From Gracilinanus agilis (Eukaryota): a stretch of 62,846 bases of DNA. The notes beneath the pieces were generated by a model that saw only the letters and a list, made by a program, of their open reading frames with translations, was not told the DNA's origin and ran no database searches. Of the stretch, positions 1-12,378 are shown piece after piece. The position numbers were made by a program, and so were the translations under genes. Where the stretch lies: assembly GCF_016433145.1 (NCBI RefSeq), contig NC_058133.1, positions 195,801,243 through 195,864,088 of the forward strand, in the 5' to 3' direction. Position 1 is the first letter of the stretch, and every line of letters starts with the position of its first letter.

Positions 1-864
1 AGGGAGAATTGGAGTAAAGGAATAATTAGAGTCTAATGAGGTTAATTAGCTGAATAGGACTTTGGGGATGAAAGGGAAGACTCTTTCTCATCAGACATGA
101 TTTGAGCAAGGCCTAGTACAACTAACATGGTTACCCAAAGGCCGGGAAAACGTTTGTAACTGCATTCAGTATCTAAGCAGAAGACTATTTTCAGACTGAT
201 AAAAGCCTTTTCAGTTTCTTTAGCTCTTTAAAAAGTCTAGTGAATGCATTTTAGTCTTCCTACTTCCTAAAGAGGAGGCGGAAAAAGGGGAATTCTTCCT
301 GGTGTTCCTGACCAGTCACGGGCTGGTCATTAGCATCTCTGCCCCACTCCCAGGCCTAGGATGGTTTCCTCGGGGTTAGTCAACTTGTGCTGACTGAAAT
401 AGAAATGGGGTGGCAGGGCAATGCTCCATACGTAAGGATCCCTGTGGGCCCCATATCAACTTAGCTTTAAAACGTAGCACTACCTGCACTTCATTGTAGT
501 TTTATTCCTGTTGTCCCATTGACATTTTAATCTGGTTCAGCCACACACGAGTATTGTAACACATCTGCCTTAGAAGTTCTTCCCAAGCTCCCTGATTGAC
601 TAGAACTTGTCTCTTACTTACATCTAGGGATGTACATCCCTGAGGCCTTTCCTGCAACAAGAGAGAGAAGGGGTGCTACAAAGGAACTCAGGGATGGAAG
701 CTCCTGGGAAACCATACAGTGAGGGCCTTTCTGGGCCCAGATGGAGGGGAGTATAGTGAAGTGAGAGGGGCATTCCATATGCAGGTGGGAGCATTCTCAG
801 AGCTAGGCCTCCCCAGCCGCCTCCTATTTCCTTCACCCTGAGTCCTGTCCTTCCCCTCCCTCAG

Positions 865-2784
865 GGCAGCAGCAGCTCACTGTCCAGAATGTTTCTGGGA
901 ACAACCTGACCATCAGTGGCCTGAGTCCTACACAGATTCAGTTGCAGATGGAACAGGCGCTGGCAGGAGAGGTCCAGCCTGGGGAGAAGAGGCGTCGAAT
1001 GGCTTGTACTTGCCCCAACTGCAAGGATGGGGAGAAAAGGTAATTCTAAGACAAGGTCTGGAGAGAACCTGGGCCCCCCACCCTGTGTCCCAGAAGGTTG
1101 GAGGCCCACTGGCTTGTTGTGGGTAACAGGACTCCCGGACCACATTTTCTCCATTTTCTTCCATTTTGCTCTGGCCTGGCCCTCTGCCTCATCTTTGCCC
1201 CCCCCCCCCCTGCCCTGCTCTTCCGGCCCTTTCTCCTATCTCATCTTATTCCCCCCATTCCATGCTTCTCCCTTGCTCCCTCCTCACACTTTCCCTTCTT
1301 TTTTTTCTACTTTCCTCCAAACCAATCTCTAGGTCTGGAGAGCAGGGTAAAAAGAAGCATGTGTGCCATATCCCTGACTGTGGAAAGACCTTCCGAAAGA
1401 CCTCATTGCTTCGTGCCCATGTTCGCCTGCATACCGGAGAGCGGCCCTTTGTCTGTAATTGGGTCTATTGTGGAAAGAGGTTTACTCGTAGCGATGAACT
1501 CCAGCGGCACGCACGGACCCATACAGGTCAGATCCCCAGCCTGGCCAATTCCCACCATTCCCATGCACCCCAGTCTTACTGTGCAGGGACCACATCAAGA
1601 GAGAGCCAAAATCTTGGGAGGAAGGGTGATTCAGTACAAAGGATCCAGGATCCACTCCTATCTCTGGCATTTGCCTTTATGACCTTGGGCAAGTCACTTA
1701 CCTTCCTTGTGCCTTAGTTTCTTCAGCTATAAAATGAAAGGGTTTAGCAAGCAGCTAGGTAGTACAGTGGATAGAGCACTGGGCATCTGATTTCAAAATC
1801 TGGCCTAAAGCACTTCCTAGCTGTGTAACCTTGGGCAAGTCACCCCAGTTTGCCTAGCCTCTCTCCCTTCTATCTTAAAGTCGTTACTAGGATAGAAGGT
1901 AAGAGTTTTTAAATAATTAAATGAAATGAAGGGGGTTGTACTTGACCTCAAAGATCTCTTCCAATTTTAATAAATCTATGATCCTATGATTTACTTTGTG
2001 AGGGGGCTGGAATTTGCAGGGGAAACTCTATAATTCATCTCTCTGTGCAGAGCTAACTTCTAGGAGAGTGCATGTACATGAAGTAGTCTTTTGGATAAAT
2101 AGAGGCCTGACCATTGGTAGGAGAGGGCACCAAAGGTGTCAAAGAAATGCACATTCACAAAATAACCTGGCCAGAATTGAGTACCAACTGAATATCTTAA
2201 GGGCTGATGAGATTAGAAAGAGGCAGAGTCAAAACTGGAAACATTTTCCTTCTGTTTTGAAGGAAAGGATATAGACTGGTAGGAAGCAGTTAGGAGGGCC
2301 CCATGCTAGACAGAGAGAATCATCCAGAAGCATGGACTCCAAAATGAACAAATCCTACACAAGGGATTTGGGAATAGATTAATTTGTGACACAAAAAATT
2401 TGTGTTGGGGACAAATAAGGTGAATTGAAGTGGCCTCAATGGCTGGATTGAACAGTTGGATTTGATATGATAAACAGTATTCCCTGAGCAGAGTCTCTAA
2501 AGCCAGTTTAACATCAGGGCCTGAAGTGGGAGCTGCATCTTCATTTGGGTGTTTGGGTCCTCTTCAACCATCTTACAACTTGCCTTTGGGAGATGAGCTC
2601 TATTGAGGAGCAGAATGATTTCCACCCGCACCTCTGGGTCTGGAGGGTAGAGTGCTGGGATGACAGGCCTCTCTTCTCTCCAGGTGACAAGCGTTTCGAG
2701 TGTGCCCAGTGTCAGAAGCGCTTCATGAGGAGTGACCACCTAACCAAGCATTACAAGACCCATCTGGTCACAAAGAATTTGTAA
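865..2784 (+). CDS. SP2: Transcription factor Sp2, last three coding exons (5' part lies outside the window)
   Basis: Exons 865-1039 ([57 protein letters not shown], Btd box), 1333-1526 (C2H2 fingers 1-2, [37 protein letters not shown]) and 2684-2784 (finger 3, [32 protein letters not shown]). All introns are GT-AG and phase-compatible. Confidence 0.97.
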
Positions 2785-5700
2785 AGTCAACAGCAAGCCA
2801 TTGGAGGCCCTGCAGATTCAACTCCAGTTCAGCCTGGGCCCCCTAGTCAGAGACACCATGGCTGATTCCTTGCCCCTTTATTCCCTGACTGCAGCCCTGG
2901 AGAGAGGGGCTTCAGTAACCATGTTTCCTCCTTCCTAAGCCATTTGGCTGCCACAACAGCCCCTCTTTCCTCCCCCATAAACTCCTGGCCCAGATCCCGG
3001 ACATTGGCCATGTACAATGAGACGTTCTAAACCAGGACGAATGGGAACCTTTATTTCCAAAGGAAAAACATGAATTTCACTCCGTCGAGGAGCCAAGTGA
3101 GAATCCCCTTCTTTTCTCCTCTCCCATCCCATAGCACTGATGTGGCCCAGGGCAGGGGAGCCAAAAAGGAGACACATCCCCCTTTGCTGCTGTCCTTCCT
3201 GTGGGGTCTGGCATACCCTACTCCCACCTGAGGGCAGCATGGCAGCAACATAAAGAACACTTGGGACATGGTCCCAGAGCCCCTATTTGAGGGCCACCCA
3301 CAGAGAAAGTGGGAAGGACACCTGCCTCCCCCCCCCAAAAAAAAAAACAAAAAACAAAATACTTTCTTCCAGCACATTCCAACTTTATATTTTAAATATA
3401 TATATAACCACAGACTCCTCCTGATCTTCCCTGTTTTTCTATGAAGAACGTTGCCTTATACTCTACTTCAGATAATGAACACTGTGTATTGTGTGCGCTT
3501 TTAAATAATTTTATTTAATTGCTCCCTTCTTCCTTTCCTTATTTTTCCTCTTCCCCCATTCCTCTTTTTCAGTTTGGGGTTGGTGGGGGTGGGTTTAGGG
3601 GGTTGTTTTTGTTTTTGTTTTGGACAATGATGAACAGAAAAACATTTTTTCTCTCCATAGACTTTTCACTTCTAAATAACGTAAAATTTCAATTTGAATC
3701 CAGAATCTGATTTTTTTAAAGAACCCTCACATACATACAAACATACTGTCCCTCCCCCTTCCACTTTTTTCTCATCCCATACCCCCACTCAGATCCTGTT
3801 TGTGTATAGTGTATATTGTATAATAGACAATATTGTGTCTACTACANNNNNNNNNNNNNNNNNNNNNNNNNNNNNNNNNNNNNNNNNNNNNNNNNNNNNN
3901 NNNNNNNNNNNNNNNNNNNNNNNNNNNNNNNNNNNNNNNNNNNNNNNNNNNNNNNNNNNNNNNNNNNNNNNNNNNNNNNNNNNNNNTTGGTCAGCACAGA
4001 GCTGGCAAAGAATTTTTTCTTGCTAATAAATTTAGTTGCCTAAGGCAAAGTCAGCAGCTTGGCAATGAGGCTTCCTTTTGTCTTTGTCTTGATGGAGCCA
4101 TGAGCTTCAGGAACTGGGAGAAGAGTGCCAGGGGAAAATAGGGCCCAGCCTCCTCATCTTTCTTACCCTCAGCAAGAATTCCCATCTGAACTTGTAGAAA
4201 GTTGGGTATTTCTATTCATGTGTCCAATTAACAGCAAAGTTGACTACTGTTGGAGATCCGTTTGGGTAGATGCTTCCATTTTTTCCTCTGTAAGCCAACT
4301 TTCCCCAGAGAAAAAATTGATACTAGAGAACCAGACCCTTCACAAGCATTGTCATCAGCGCGGTAATGGCAGGAGTGCAAGTCTCCTCTTGGGTGTTTTA
4401 TTTTTAAGAATCACTTGTATGAGAGTATGGAAGGTTATGAAAATAAGGAGCAAGTCTACCTGCATTTCCTTCCCTAGATACACAGAGGAGAGGGGCATTG
4501 GGCAGAGGCCAGAGAAACCCCTGTCAATGAACTTGGCTCCCTAATGGAACAGAGAGGCCCTTAAGGAGCTAGATCAAGGGTCAAGGTATAAGATGTTTTC
4601 CTTGTGGATAAAGACTCTAATTTGCCCAAAGAAGGACACAAACCCTAAAGATGTGCCATAATAGGGATGGGTCACCCTGAGCTATCTACACTCTTGCTCT
4701 ATTCCCTTTATCACCAGTATTTGCTAGTCTTCAACCTAAGAGCATGGAGGCCCAGTGGTATATGTTCATAGCTGTTGAACCCAGCTAGAGTCAGCAGACT
4801 GGTTCAAATCCCAGCCTCAGCTCCCACTAGCTATCTAAACAAAGATAAGCCACTTAATTCTCTGAGACTCAGTTTCCTTATGTGTAAAAGTTATCACTAC
4901 CTGCCTTGCAGGATTTTTTGTAAGGAAAGTACATCATATAAAGGAGACTGCTCTCTTTGTGACACTTAATTGTACCCTGAATTCATGTCCTAAGAGAATG
5001 TCCTCATGAGCTAGAGCCAATACCCATACCTACACCATTTTGTACAGCAGAAAAGAGGCTCCAAGCTCATCAGCAGTGAGGTCTATGACCCCAGCTGAGA
5101 CTGGTTACATGCTCTTCATCTCAATGCTTCCTTCATAATTGGCAGGGAGAGCCACACTGTAGCCACCCGGAGCTCAGGTTGTCCAAACTTGGACAAAAAG
5201 GCATTTCCATTTGGCAGAGAAAACTGTTAGGGACTCAAACATTGGTAGACGGGGGGCATCTGTCTTGTGTCTACCTTATTTTTCAAGACGGTAAGTTGCA
5301 GAATTGTTGTCTTGTCTGTTAAGAAAAGGGAGTTTCCTCACTGGGAACTCTCTTCTTTGATGAAAGCAAAGGTCCAAATACCATTTCCCACCCTCCCCAA
5401 TCCCCCAGCCCAAATGTGCTATACTATTTTGTTTAAAACACTGCCAAACTGTAGTGTCAAGGAACAAAGTAGTCTCTTTTTCGGCCTCAGCAGAAGGCCC
5501 CCGTTCCCAAGACTTTCCCCTAGGCGGCAGGGTTTTTCCCTTTCCCCTTCATTCCCCATAAGACAAGCATTCTTATCAAGAGGGAAAGGTGAAAGCCCTG
5601 CATGTCCTCTACCTGCAGTCTGAAGAGTGGAAACTTTGAGCCACACAGAACAGTCATGGCCAAAAGGCCATGTTTTACATGTTAATGATTCTATTCGGCA

Positions 5701-5886
5701 TGGGGGTGGCCTCGAGAAGACAATTCCCCTCTCTAGCTAGACCTCAGTTTCCCCGCCTGCAAACTTGGTCTAGGTTTCTAAAGCTCTTTCAAGCTCTAAA
5801 ATTCCATGGTCTAGAAAGGATGGAAGGATGTGGTAGGTTTAATCCAATCTTTATTTGAAATGTTCCGGCTTATGTACAAAGAAAGT

Positions 5887-5983
5887 CTATGAAGTCTTTT
5901 GGTCATGAATTTTGATTTCCAAGATAATATCTCCAAGATGAATGCAGAAGTTCCCACCTGCTCTGCAGACGGAGCCCTCCTCT
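5887..5983 (-). CDS. Candidate alternative terminal coding exon of the BEN-domain gene
   Basis: The acceptor gtctctcctgccag|A at 5983 matches the phase-2 donor GA|GTGAGT that overlaps the stop of the 6630-6521 exon. It would add EEGSVCRAGGNFCIHLGDIILEIKIHDQKTS*. A minus-strand AATAAA lies at 5850-5855. Confidence 0.5.
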
Positions 5984-6520
5984 CTGGCAGGAGAGACCAA
6001 CACAACACCTGGATAGAGCTGATCCTTCAAGGCTCCCATTCACTACCCCAAATCAACACTACTCGCTACCTGGCTTCCAGAGTGTATGTGGATATGTAAG
6101 AGCATGGTGTTGGGAAAGAGCCAGAGTGTTGTCCTAAATGGGGAGGGGGGACAGCCCAGTCTATGGCCTCCTAGTCCTCAGCTCTGGTTTCCCTTCCCAA
6201 AGCCATCAGTGTCGAAGGCAATGATGGGACAAGGCAATAATTCCCTCACTTTTTTCCTCTTCTCTGCCCAACTGACCCTGGACCGCACAGCTCACATGAG
6301 ATCCTAGATACTAGGATTTCAGTCCTATGGCTGCCCTCAGTAGGACAGGATTATGCTCAGAAAAACACAAGCCTTAGGGGAAGGATTATCCATTCCCACC
6401 AGTCTTCTGAAGACAGATCCTGATGGTGCAGTGCTTGCCTTGAGGGTGCTTTTTAAAAATATATAGGTATGTATCTGCCAGCAGATTGCAGGACCTGGCC
6501 CACCCCCGACCTCACCCCAC

Positions 6521-6630
6521 TCACTCCATCTTTACAATCATCTTCTTGACTGCCCTCCTTGAGGTCCCACACTTGCTGTTGATGACGGCATTAAAGTTAC
6601 AACCACGGCCACACACCTTGGTGACATATT
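6521..6630 (-). CDS. BEN-domain gene exon: C-terminal part of the BEN domain
   Basis: Acceptor ccttttctgtcttccccag|AA, phase 1. Translation (E)YVTKVCGRGCNFNAVINSKCGTSRRAVKKMIVKME. Confidence 0.85.
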
Positions 6631-9600
6631 CTGGGGAAGACAGAAAAGGAAGCTGTTCAGATCTAGCTCCGAGCCAGGAGAAGGTGGAGGGGGTGGGCAA
6701 GAGTGCACTCCCAGGCTGACACAGCCATTCTGATCTAAGTTTGCAAGGGGAAGATAGCATTCAGTCTCCCAGACTCTCATCGCTGCCTATATTAAACCAA
6801 AATGCCTTGCTCTTCGGCCATGCCAATAGCTGGAACTGTAAGGAGGTCGAGGATCAGAGAGAGCTGGCATAGAAATGGAGAATTATGTCTTTTCCCCATT
6901 CCCTAAGACATGGCCCAGTTCTCTGCTTCATCACTACTAGAACCACAGCTGGAGAAAAGAATCAGGATGGGAAGGAAGAGAGAGATTGACAGATGGGAAT
7001 GCTTTTCAACTCTTCGATCCCATCCATCCCCATTCTCATGGCCCTGCATGTACCATCAGGGTCAGGGTCCTATCCTTAAAAGATTTACATCTTCCTTCAG
7101 TTTTCGTTCTGGATATTCCCATCAGTTATTTCTTCTCAGCTTTCTCGACAACCCTTCCTGCTTCATACTGGATACCACCCTGAACTTGAACTCTCCCCAC
7201 AATGTCCCTCAGCTTTCTATTTATTCTCTAGTTTAATAAACTCCAAAAGCAGAATTGCATCGATTGCCAAGGGACGGATAGTAAAAGAGTCACCATTTTC
7301 AAAAAAACAAGAATGTTAGGGCTTTAGGGCTCGGTAGAAAATAACTTCTCAAACTAAAAACCTAGATCTTCAGGCCAGTCTCCAAGGCCACTACTTTGTG
7401 GCCCCCTGCCAGAGAGAAGCCAACAGCACATACTACTCCACCCCTCCTCCTGCCTCAGTCACAAAACACTACCCTTGAGGGAATTTGCCCAAGTACCTTT
7501 GATGGCATTGACCACAGCAACGGGCAACCGAATGGGTTTCTCCATGGTAGTGTTATTATGGGCAATTCGTTGACCAGTGGCAGAGGAGCGGGCCAGCGTC
7601 TCCCGAGAGAAGAAGTAATCCAACATCCTCCTAGTCATCAGCTTGGGTTTGTCTGTTGACACCTGAGACAGGTCATCCAGCTGGTGGTGAGTAATGTAGA
7701 CCCCTGAGTTGGGGATTAGCTCTAGCTTGGGTCTCCCATTCTCCTGTGGAAGGGGGAAAGGCACTGACTGTTAGCCTGCACTCTAGCAGCCATCCTATTC
7801 AGCCTGATGTCACCGGAGGGTCTCTTCAGGACCCAGCACCCACAAGGTGTCTGGTCCTAGATGTTAAATGACTAACTTCTTCCAGGGCTCAGGATTCATT
7901 TCTCAGGCCCTGGGGAACCCAAACCAGCAGATAGAACTTCTAATTATAAATTTCATCCCAGATTCCCTTCTCATCATTTCAGATGTCTTGCAGGCAGGTT
8001 TGGAAGGAAAAACCTCCTCATCCTAAACCCTCTAGTCTGTAGGCACTTGACTACTCAGCCCATTCGTGAAAGCTGCAGGTTTCTTAGGAAACCCAGACTT
8101 ATCCCCTACCACTGAGTTCTACGTAACACCCACCTCCACAGGTGATGCCCATACAGGGGTTCCATCAGGCAATGTATCCTGAACATTCTCCTCCCACAGA
8201 CAGGTGGCCTCGCTCAGTGTAGCAGGACTGCCCACCCCATCCTCAGAGGTCAACCATGCTGGAAAGCCACTGGGGAGACCTGCTCGAAGCCTACGGACTG
8301 GTGGAGACCGTGGGGCCTCAGCAGGAGTTCCCTTGGGTTCCACGGGTGGTGATGTGGGAAGCTGTGCAGGAAGGCCATTCACCTGGAGAAGGAAGGGGGA
8401 GCAACTCTAAGCAAGGGAAGTAGCAGCATCTCAGCTTCCTGTTGTATCCCTTACAATGAAGGTTGGCAACCTCCCCCAAAGGCGCTGAAAATGTTCCCAC
8501 CAGTGCCAGGCCACTGGTGTCCCTGTCCCCTGTTAAAGGACAAACAAGGCAGATTACCCTTCTGGGAACATGCCCCCCACTTCCCTGAGGGTATCCCACC
8601 CCAGGCTAATTCTAGCTGGTCCCTCTGCTTCCAAAAGAATTGCCAGATCATATCCAAACGGCTGGATTCTCCTTCCTTTCCTCTGCCCTCCTCATCCTCC
8701 GTATGTGGGCAACCAAAGTCAGAAAGAGTTTGTGGGGAAGGTGTGAACTGTTCCCTCCTAAAGAGTAAGACCATCCCATCAACTTGAAAACCAAAATGGA
8801 CCACATAGTCTATGTTCAATGAACAGGCAGAAATGATATGCATTTTAACACTTAGCTCTATTATTTTGTATATTTGAGTGTGGCCTTCAGGAATCTAGGC
8901 ATCTAGATAAATATTTTTGACAGAAGCCTATCCTAGCATCCACCCAATGCCCAAGCTCCATCTGTGTCTCTCTCCCCAGGAGCTACCAGCTCATCAAGGA
9001 CCCACCTGTAGTGCCATGTTGCTCTCTAGTAGCCCCACGAGGCCCTTGAGAAACTGGATGTTCCCTTCATTGACATCTGAGAAGAGAGAGGCCACACCCA
9101 TGGGGATGGCTAAATGAAGACAGATGTGTTTCCAGGAGAAGGCTACAGCTGGATGTTGATAGGACTATAAGGACCTATTAGACTCCGGACTCAACCTCCC
9201 CACTCCCCAAGCATGAGTGCCAATAAGCCCACTCCCTTTCCCAAACTCCTCTTTCTGATGTTCCTTTTGTTATAAATCCTGGACCCACTGGAAGTGTCCT
9301 CCTGGGGAGCCCACTGCTAAGTAATGGGTCCTAGGGAAAAGGAGAGATGATGGTTCATCAGGACAGAGCCACCAGAGGACTTTTGAGGCAAAGATGACAA
9401 AGGGATCATATATAACAAAGTAAGGAGGGAGGACAGAAAAAAGTGGCAACTCTTGGTGAAGGGCTCCTTGGGGAGGGCAGAGCCTGAATCTGGGAAAGTG
9501 GAATAAGGAACGAGGGCTCAAACAAAAGGAGTGAGTGGAAAATGCAGAATTGGTAGAAGAAAATGAGTTTATAGAGAAGTTTGATGCCTGAGTAGGAAAG

Positions 9601-12378
9601 GGGAAATGGTTGAAATGGAAACAAAAGCAAAGCTGGCCAGAGATCACCAAGTCATCCAAAGGCAACTGAGGAGGGGCCAAATCCCCCTGGGAACCCTGGG
9701 GGAACCAGCCAGCCCAGCCTGAGGGATCCCCATCCAGCCACCTCCTGTCCATATCCCAGAGAGGACAGCTCCCGTTACCAAGGCTACTGGTCCCAGAGCT
9801 GAGGCTGGTGTTGGGAGAGGATGCTTTGAGCCCTGCACCACCTCGGGTGCTAGACAGCAGATCATTCTGCTCCTCTAGACTCCGCAGTTGACCCTTGAGC
9901 TGCTGATTTTCCAGCTCCAACTCTCGGATCCTCCTCTCTTGCCGTAGGGCTGCTTCTTCCCTAGAGACCAATAGCCTCCGAAGCTCTGCCATCTGTAATT
10001 CCAACTCCTTGACCAGTTCTGCATACAACCCGGTTACCTTGCCTCCTCCTGCAGCCCAAGGGCAGGCTCCTTCTGAGGCTAGGGGCTCTGTGCTTAAGGC
10101 CAGGGGCTCTGTGCTCAAACGGCTTAGAACAGGTGTGGGGTGGCACAGCCGGGCAATAGTGGGGCGAGCAGCCCTCAGGGGTTCCTGTGTCCTTGGAAAT
10201 CGAGTAGTGTCCTGGAGACCCCCAGGTCGAATGTCCAGGCTGCTGGTGCCACCACTTGGGAAGAAAGGAGCAGCTGGTAGATCTGGGACACTTAGTCCCC
10301 GTGGGAAGGGAGGACCAAGGTTTGGCCCATTGGTAGGCCATGGTCGCTTCCTGTTCTTGGCTTCTTCTTCTGGTGCTAGCAGTGGTGGGGGAGGCCTCCC
10401 CAGAGTCAGAATTCCCCGTGCTTGGACACTAGAAACAAAATACAAACCTAAGCCACTGGTAGCTGTTTCCAAAGCCCCAACCCAGGGAGAAAAGTATGGG
10501 AGAAAGTAGTGTATGATAGGGAAGACCTCCCTTGGATATTTCCACCTCCCGATTTCATCCAAATAAGGTACTAAAATGATTCTAGTTCTAGTTCCTAAGG
10601 CAACTCCTCCAGGATATTAGGGACTTGGATTTCTGGAGACAGGTAGGATGTCCATATCCCGGAATCAACCCCTCAGAAAATATATCAAGCGTAATCTCTC
10701 AGGGTCCAACTAAGAAGCGTGGCCCCAGTACAAGACAAATAGAGCCTGGAAGCTCCAGAAGACAAGGATTCAGGCCTTCACCAGGCCAGTGCCCAACACA
10801 AAGTAATGCTTAATAAAAGCAGTTTACATATAGTACCTCTTTCAAAGTCAATAAACATTTTTTGAATAGATATCCCAGTGTGTAAACCCTAGTGCTGGCT
10901 ACAAAAGGAAAATCAGAAGAGGGAGGTGTGATCCCTGACCTCAGGGACCCTTCAGTCTAAAAGGGGTGAGTGGGGTACCTAAGAAAGAGCAAGACAGATT
11001 TACAAAGCAATCTTCTAAGAGCTACATTTGTATAGGGTCACCACTATAGAAGGGGATGAGATTAAGAAAGGAGGAATAAAGGATCCATGCATCAAGGACA
11101 GGGCTAAGCCTAGTGATAGTCTTCACTGGGTCCCATCTAGGCCTAGGCCAGGTCTTAGAGTCAGACTCCTGGGTCTTCAGGCTTTTAAATTCCATCACCA
11201 GGAACCAGGCTTCTCTGCTGACATACCAAATAAGAATCTTCCCTGCCACTATCCTGATGCCATTGACCTTGGAATGGAAGTAAATGGTTTACCCAAGATT
11301 TAGACTCAATCTACCAATCTCCCCCCTTTCTCCAAACCTCCACAGTACTCAGGGTTTCAAAATTTATTCCTTTTCTCATTCTCTGATAACCATCTTTGGT
11401 GTATTGTATTTTATCATTAGCCTTACCCCTCAACTCTTTTGCCTTTATTTCTAACCATCCCACCGGGCTCTTGACCTCTAAGGGCAGTTACACTTTTCTT
11501 TCTGTCTCTCTCAAATATAGTCCAATCCTCATGATCCTCTCCCCTAGTGCGCTACAGCCCAGGGCTGATCAATGTGGCCACAAGAACAGAAAGTATGTCA
11601 CCTTGAGGTGTGACATCAACATATTGCTTATATCAGTACCAGTGGATTTTACAGGTGGGGATATATACACAGCAAGAAAGTTGGTACAGTAAACTCTCAC
11701 CACACTGACAAAAAGCTGTTTCACAGAAAATCCCAAATAGCATATAATCCATTATTTCCAGCGGAATGAACACTAACTCTGATGTCAGAGAACCCAGGTT
11801 TACATCCCAATGCTGACATTGCCTATGTGACCTTGAGCAATCCTCCCTGGGCCTCAGTTTCCTCATCCGAAAAATGAAGGAGGAATTAGACTGTATGGCT
11901 TCTGTGGTCCCTTCCAGCTCTAGGACCCTTTGAGGCCTTCTAGTGAATATATACATGCATATATATATATACACATATATATGTACACACATATTACACA
12001 TACATACATACATATGTAATTGGCAGAATTTCTCTCCCTGATGGTGTTGGCTCTGAAAATGTATCACCCAGAGTGCACAATGATGGCTGAGAGAAATCTG
12101 CATAAAATGGACTCTGGAGATTGACTATTCACTGTCTCAAAATATCAGCAAGAGGTCCCTTACCTGGCACACTCCAGGGACACTTGTCTTGGTGGCTCTT
12201 GGACCTCCAGTTCCTGATGCTGCTGAAAACTGGGACTGCACAGGGGACCCCCTCCCAGGGCAGCTTCAGGCAAGTCAAAGGTGGGATGAGCATCAGCTGG
12301 CTCTCCATTACCCAGTCCTGAGTCCACAGCCTGGAAGTGGCCTTGTAAAGCCACCCTCTCCCCGGCCCCCTCAGCCAT
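6521..12378 (-). CDS. Unnamed coiled-coil + C-terminal BEN-domain protein (NAC1/NACC-like BEN), about 513 aa, 6 coding exons
   Basis: Minus-strand coding exons 12378-12164, 10428-9779, 9076-9006, 8382-8134, 7743-7497 and 6630-6521. Every junction is GT-AG, the acceptors are pyrimidine-rich, and the phases match (2,1,0,0,1), giving one uninterrupted frame. It encodes a heptad segment (LYAELVKELELQMAELRRLL...LEEQNDLL) and a BEN-like domain (KLELIPNSGVYITHHQLDDL...RRMLDYFFSRETLARSSATGQR...VNAIKEYV...NAVINSKCGTSRRAVKK). Confidence 0.85.
7497..7743 (-). CDS. BEN-domain gene exon: core of the BEN domain
   Basis: Acceptor cctttcccccttccacag|GAG, donor AAAG|GTACTT. Translation ENGRPKLELIPNSGVYITHHQLDDLSQVSTDKPKLMTRRMLDYFFSRETLARSSATGQRIAHNNTTMEKPIRLPVAVVNAIK. 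Confidence 0.9.
8134..8382 (-). CDS. BEN-domain gene exon: Pro-rich linker
   Basis: Acceptor cccccttccttctccag|GTG, donor GAG|GTGGGT. 249 nt, phase 0-0, open frame VNGLPAQ...LPDGTPVWASPVE. Confidence 0.8.
9006..9076 (-). CDS. BEN-domain gene exon: 71-nt exon, too short for the ORF track
   Basis: Acceptor ctctctcttctcag|AT, donor CAG|GTGGGT. Phase 1 to 0 bridges the neighbouring exons exactly. Translation (D)VNEGNIQFLKGLVGLLESNMALQ. Confidence 0.8.
9779..10428 (-). CDS. BEN-domain gene exon: large exon containing the coiled coil
   Basis: Lies inside ORF 9270-10562. Acceptor tttgtattttgtttctag|T (phase 2), donor TTG|GTAACG (phase 1). Heptad-rich E/R/L/Q segment at about 9853-10028. Confidence 0.8.
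12164..12378 (-). CDS. BEN-domain gene: first coding exon (exon 12415-12164, ATG at 12378)
   Basis: Strong acceptor cgtttctctccttctcag| at 12415, cagATGG start, strong donor CAG|GTAAGG. Translation MAEGAGERVALQGHF...PPRQVSLECA. Confidence 0.75.

Noticed and set aside
3480-4030. A defined SP2 poly(A) site
   Set aside because: Only AATAAT is present at about 3505, and the first AATAAA (4025) lies beyond a gap, so the 3' end cannot be assigned from sequence alone.
8451-8843. 130-aa minus-strand ORF inside the BEN gene as an extra exon
   Set aside because: Its acceptor (8782) is phase 1 in the long frame, but it lies between a phase-0 donor and a phase-0 acceptor. The phase-0 reading hits a stop and I found no good compatible donor, so I treat it as intronic.
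9270-10562. 430-aa ORF as a single-exon gene
   Set aside because: Both ends read through intronic sequence (TTG start, Phe/Ser-rich polypyrimidine tail). Only 10428-9779 (or to 9648) is bounded by splice sites.
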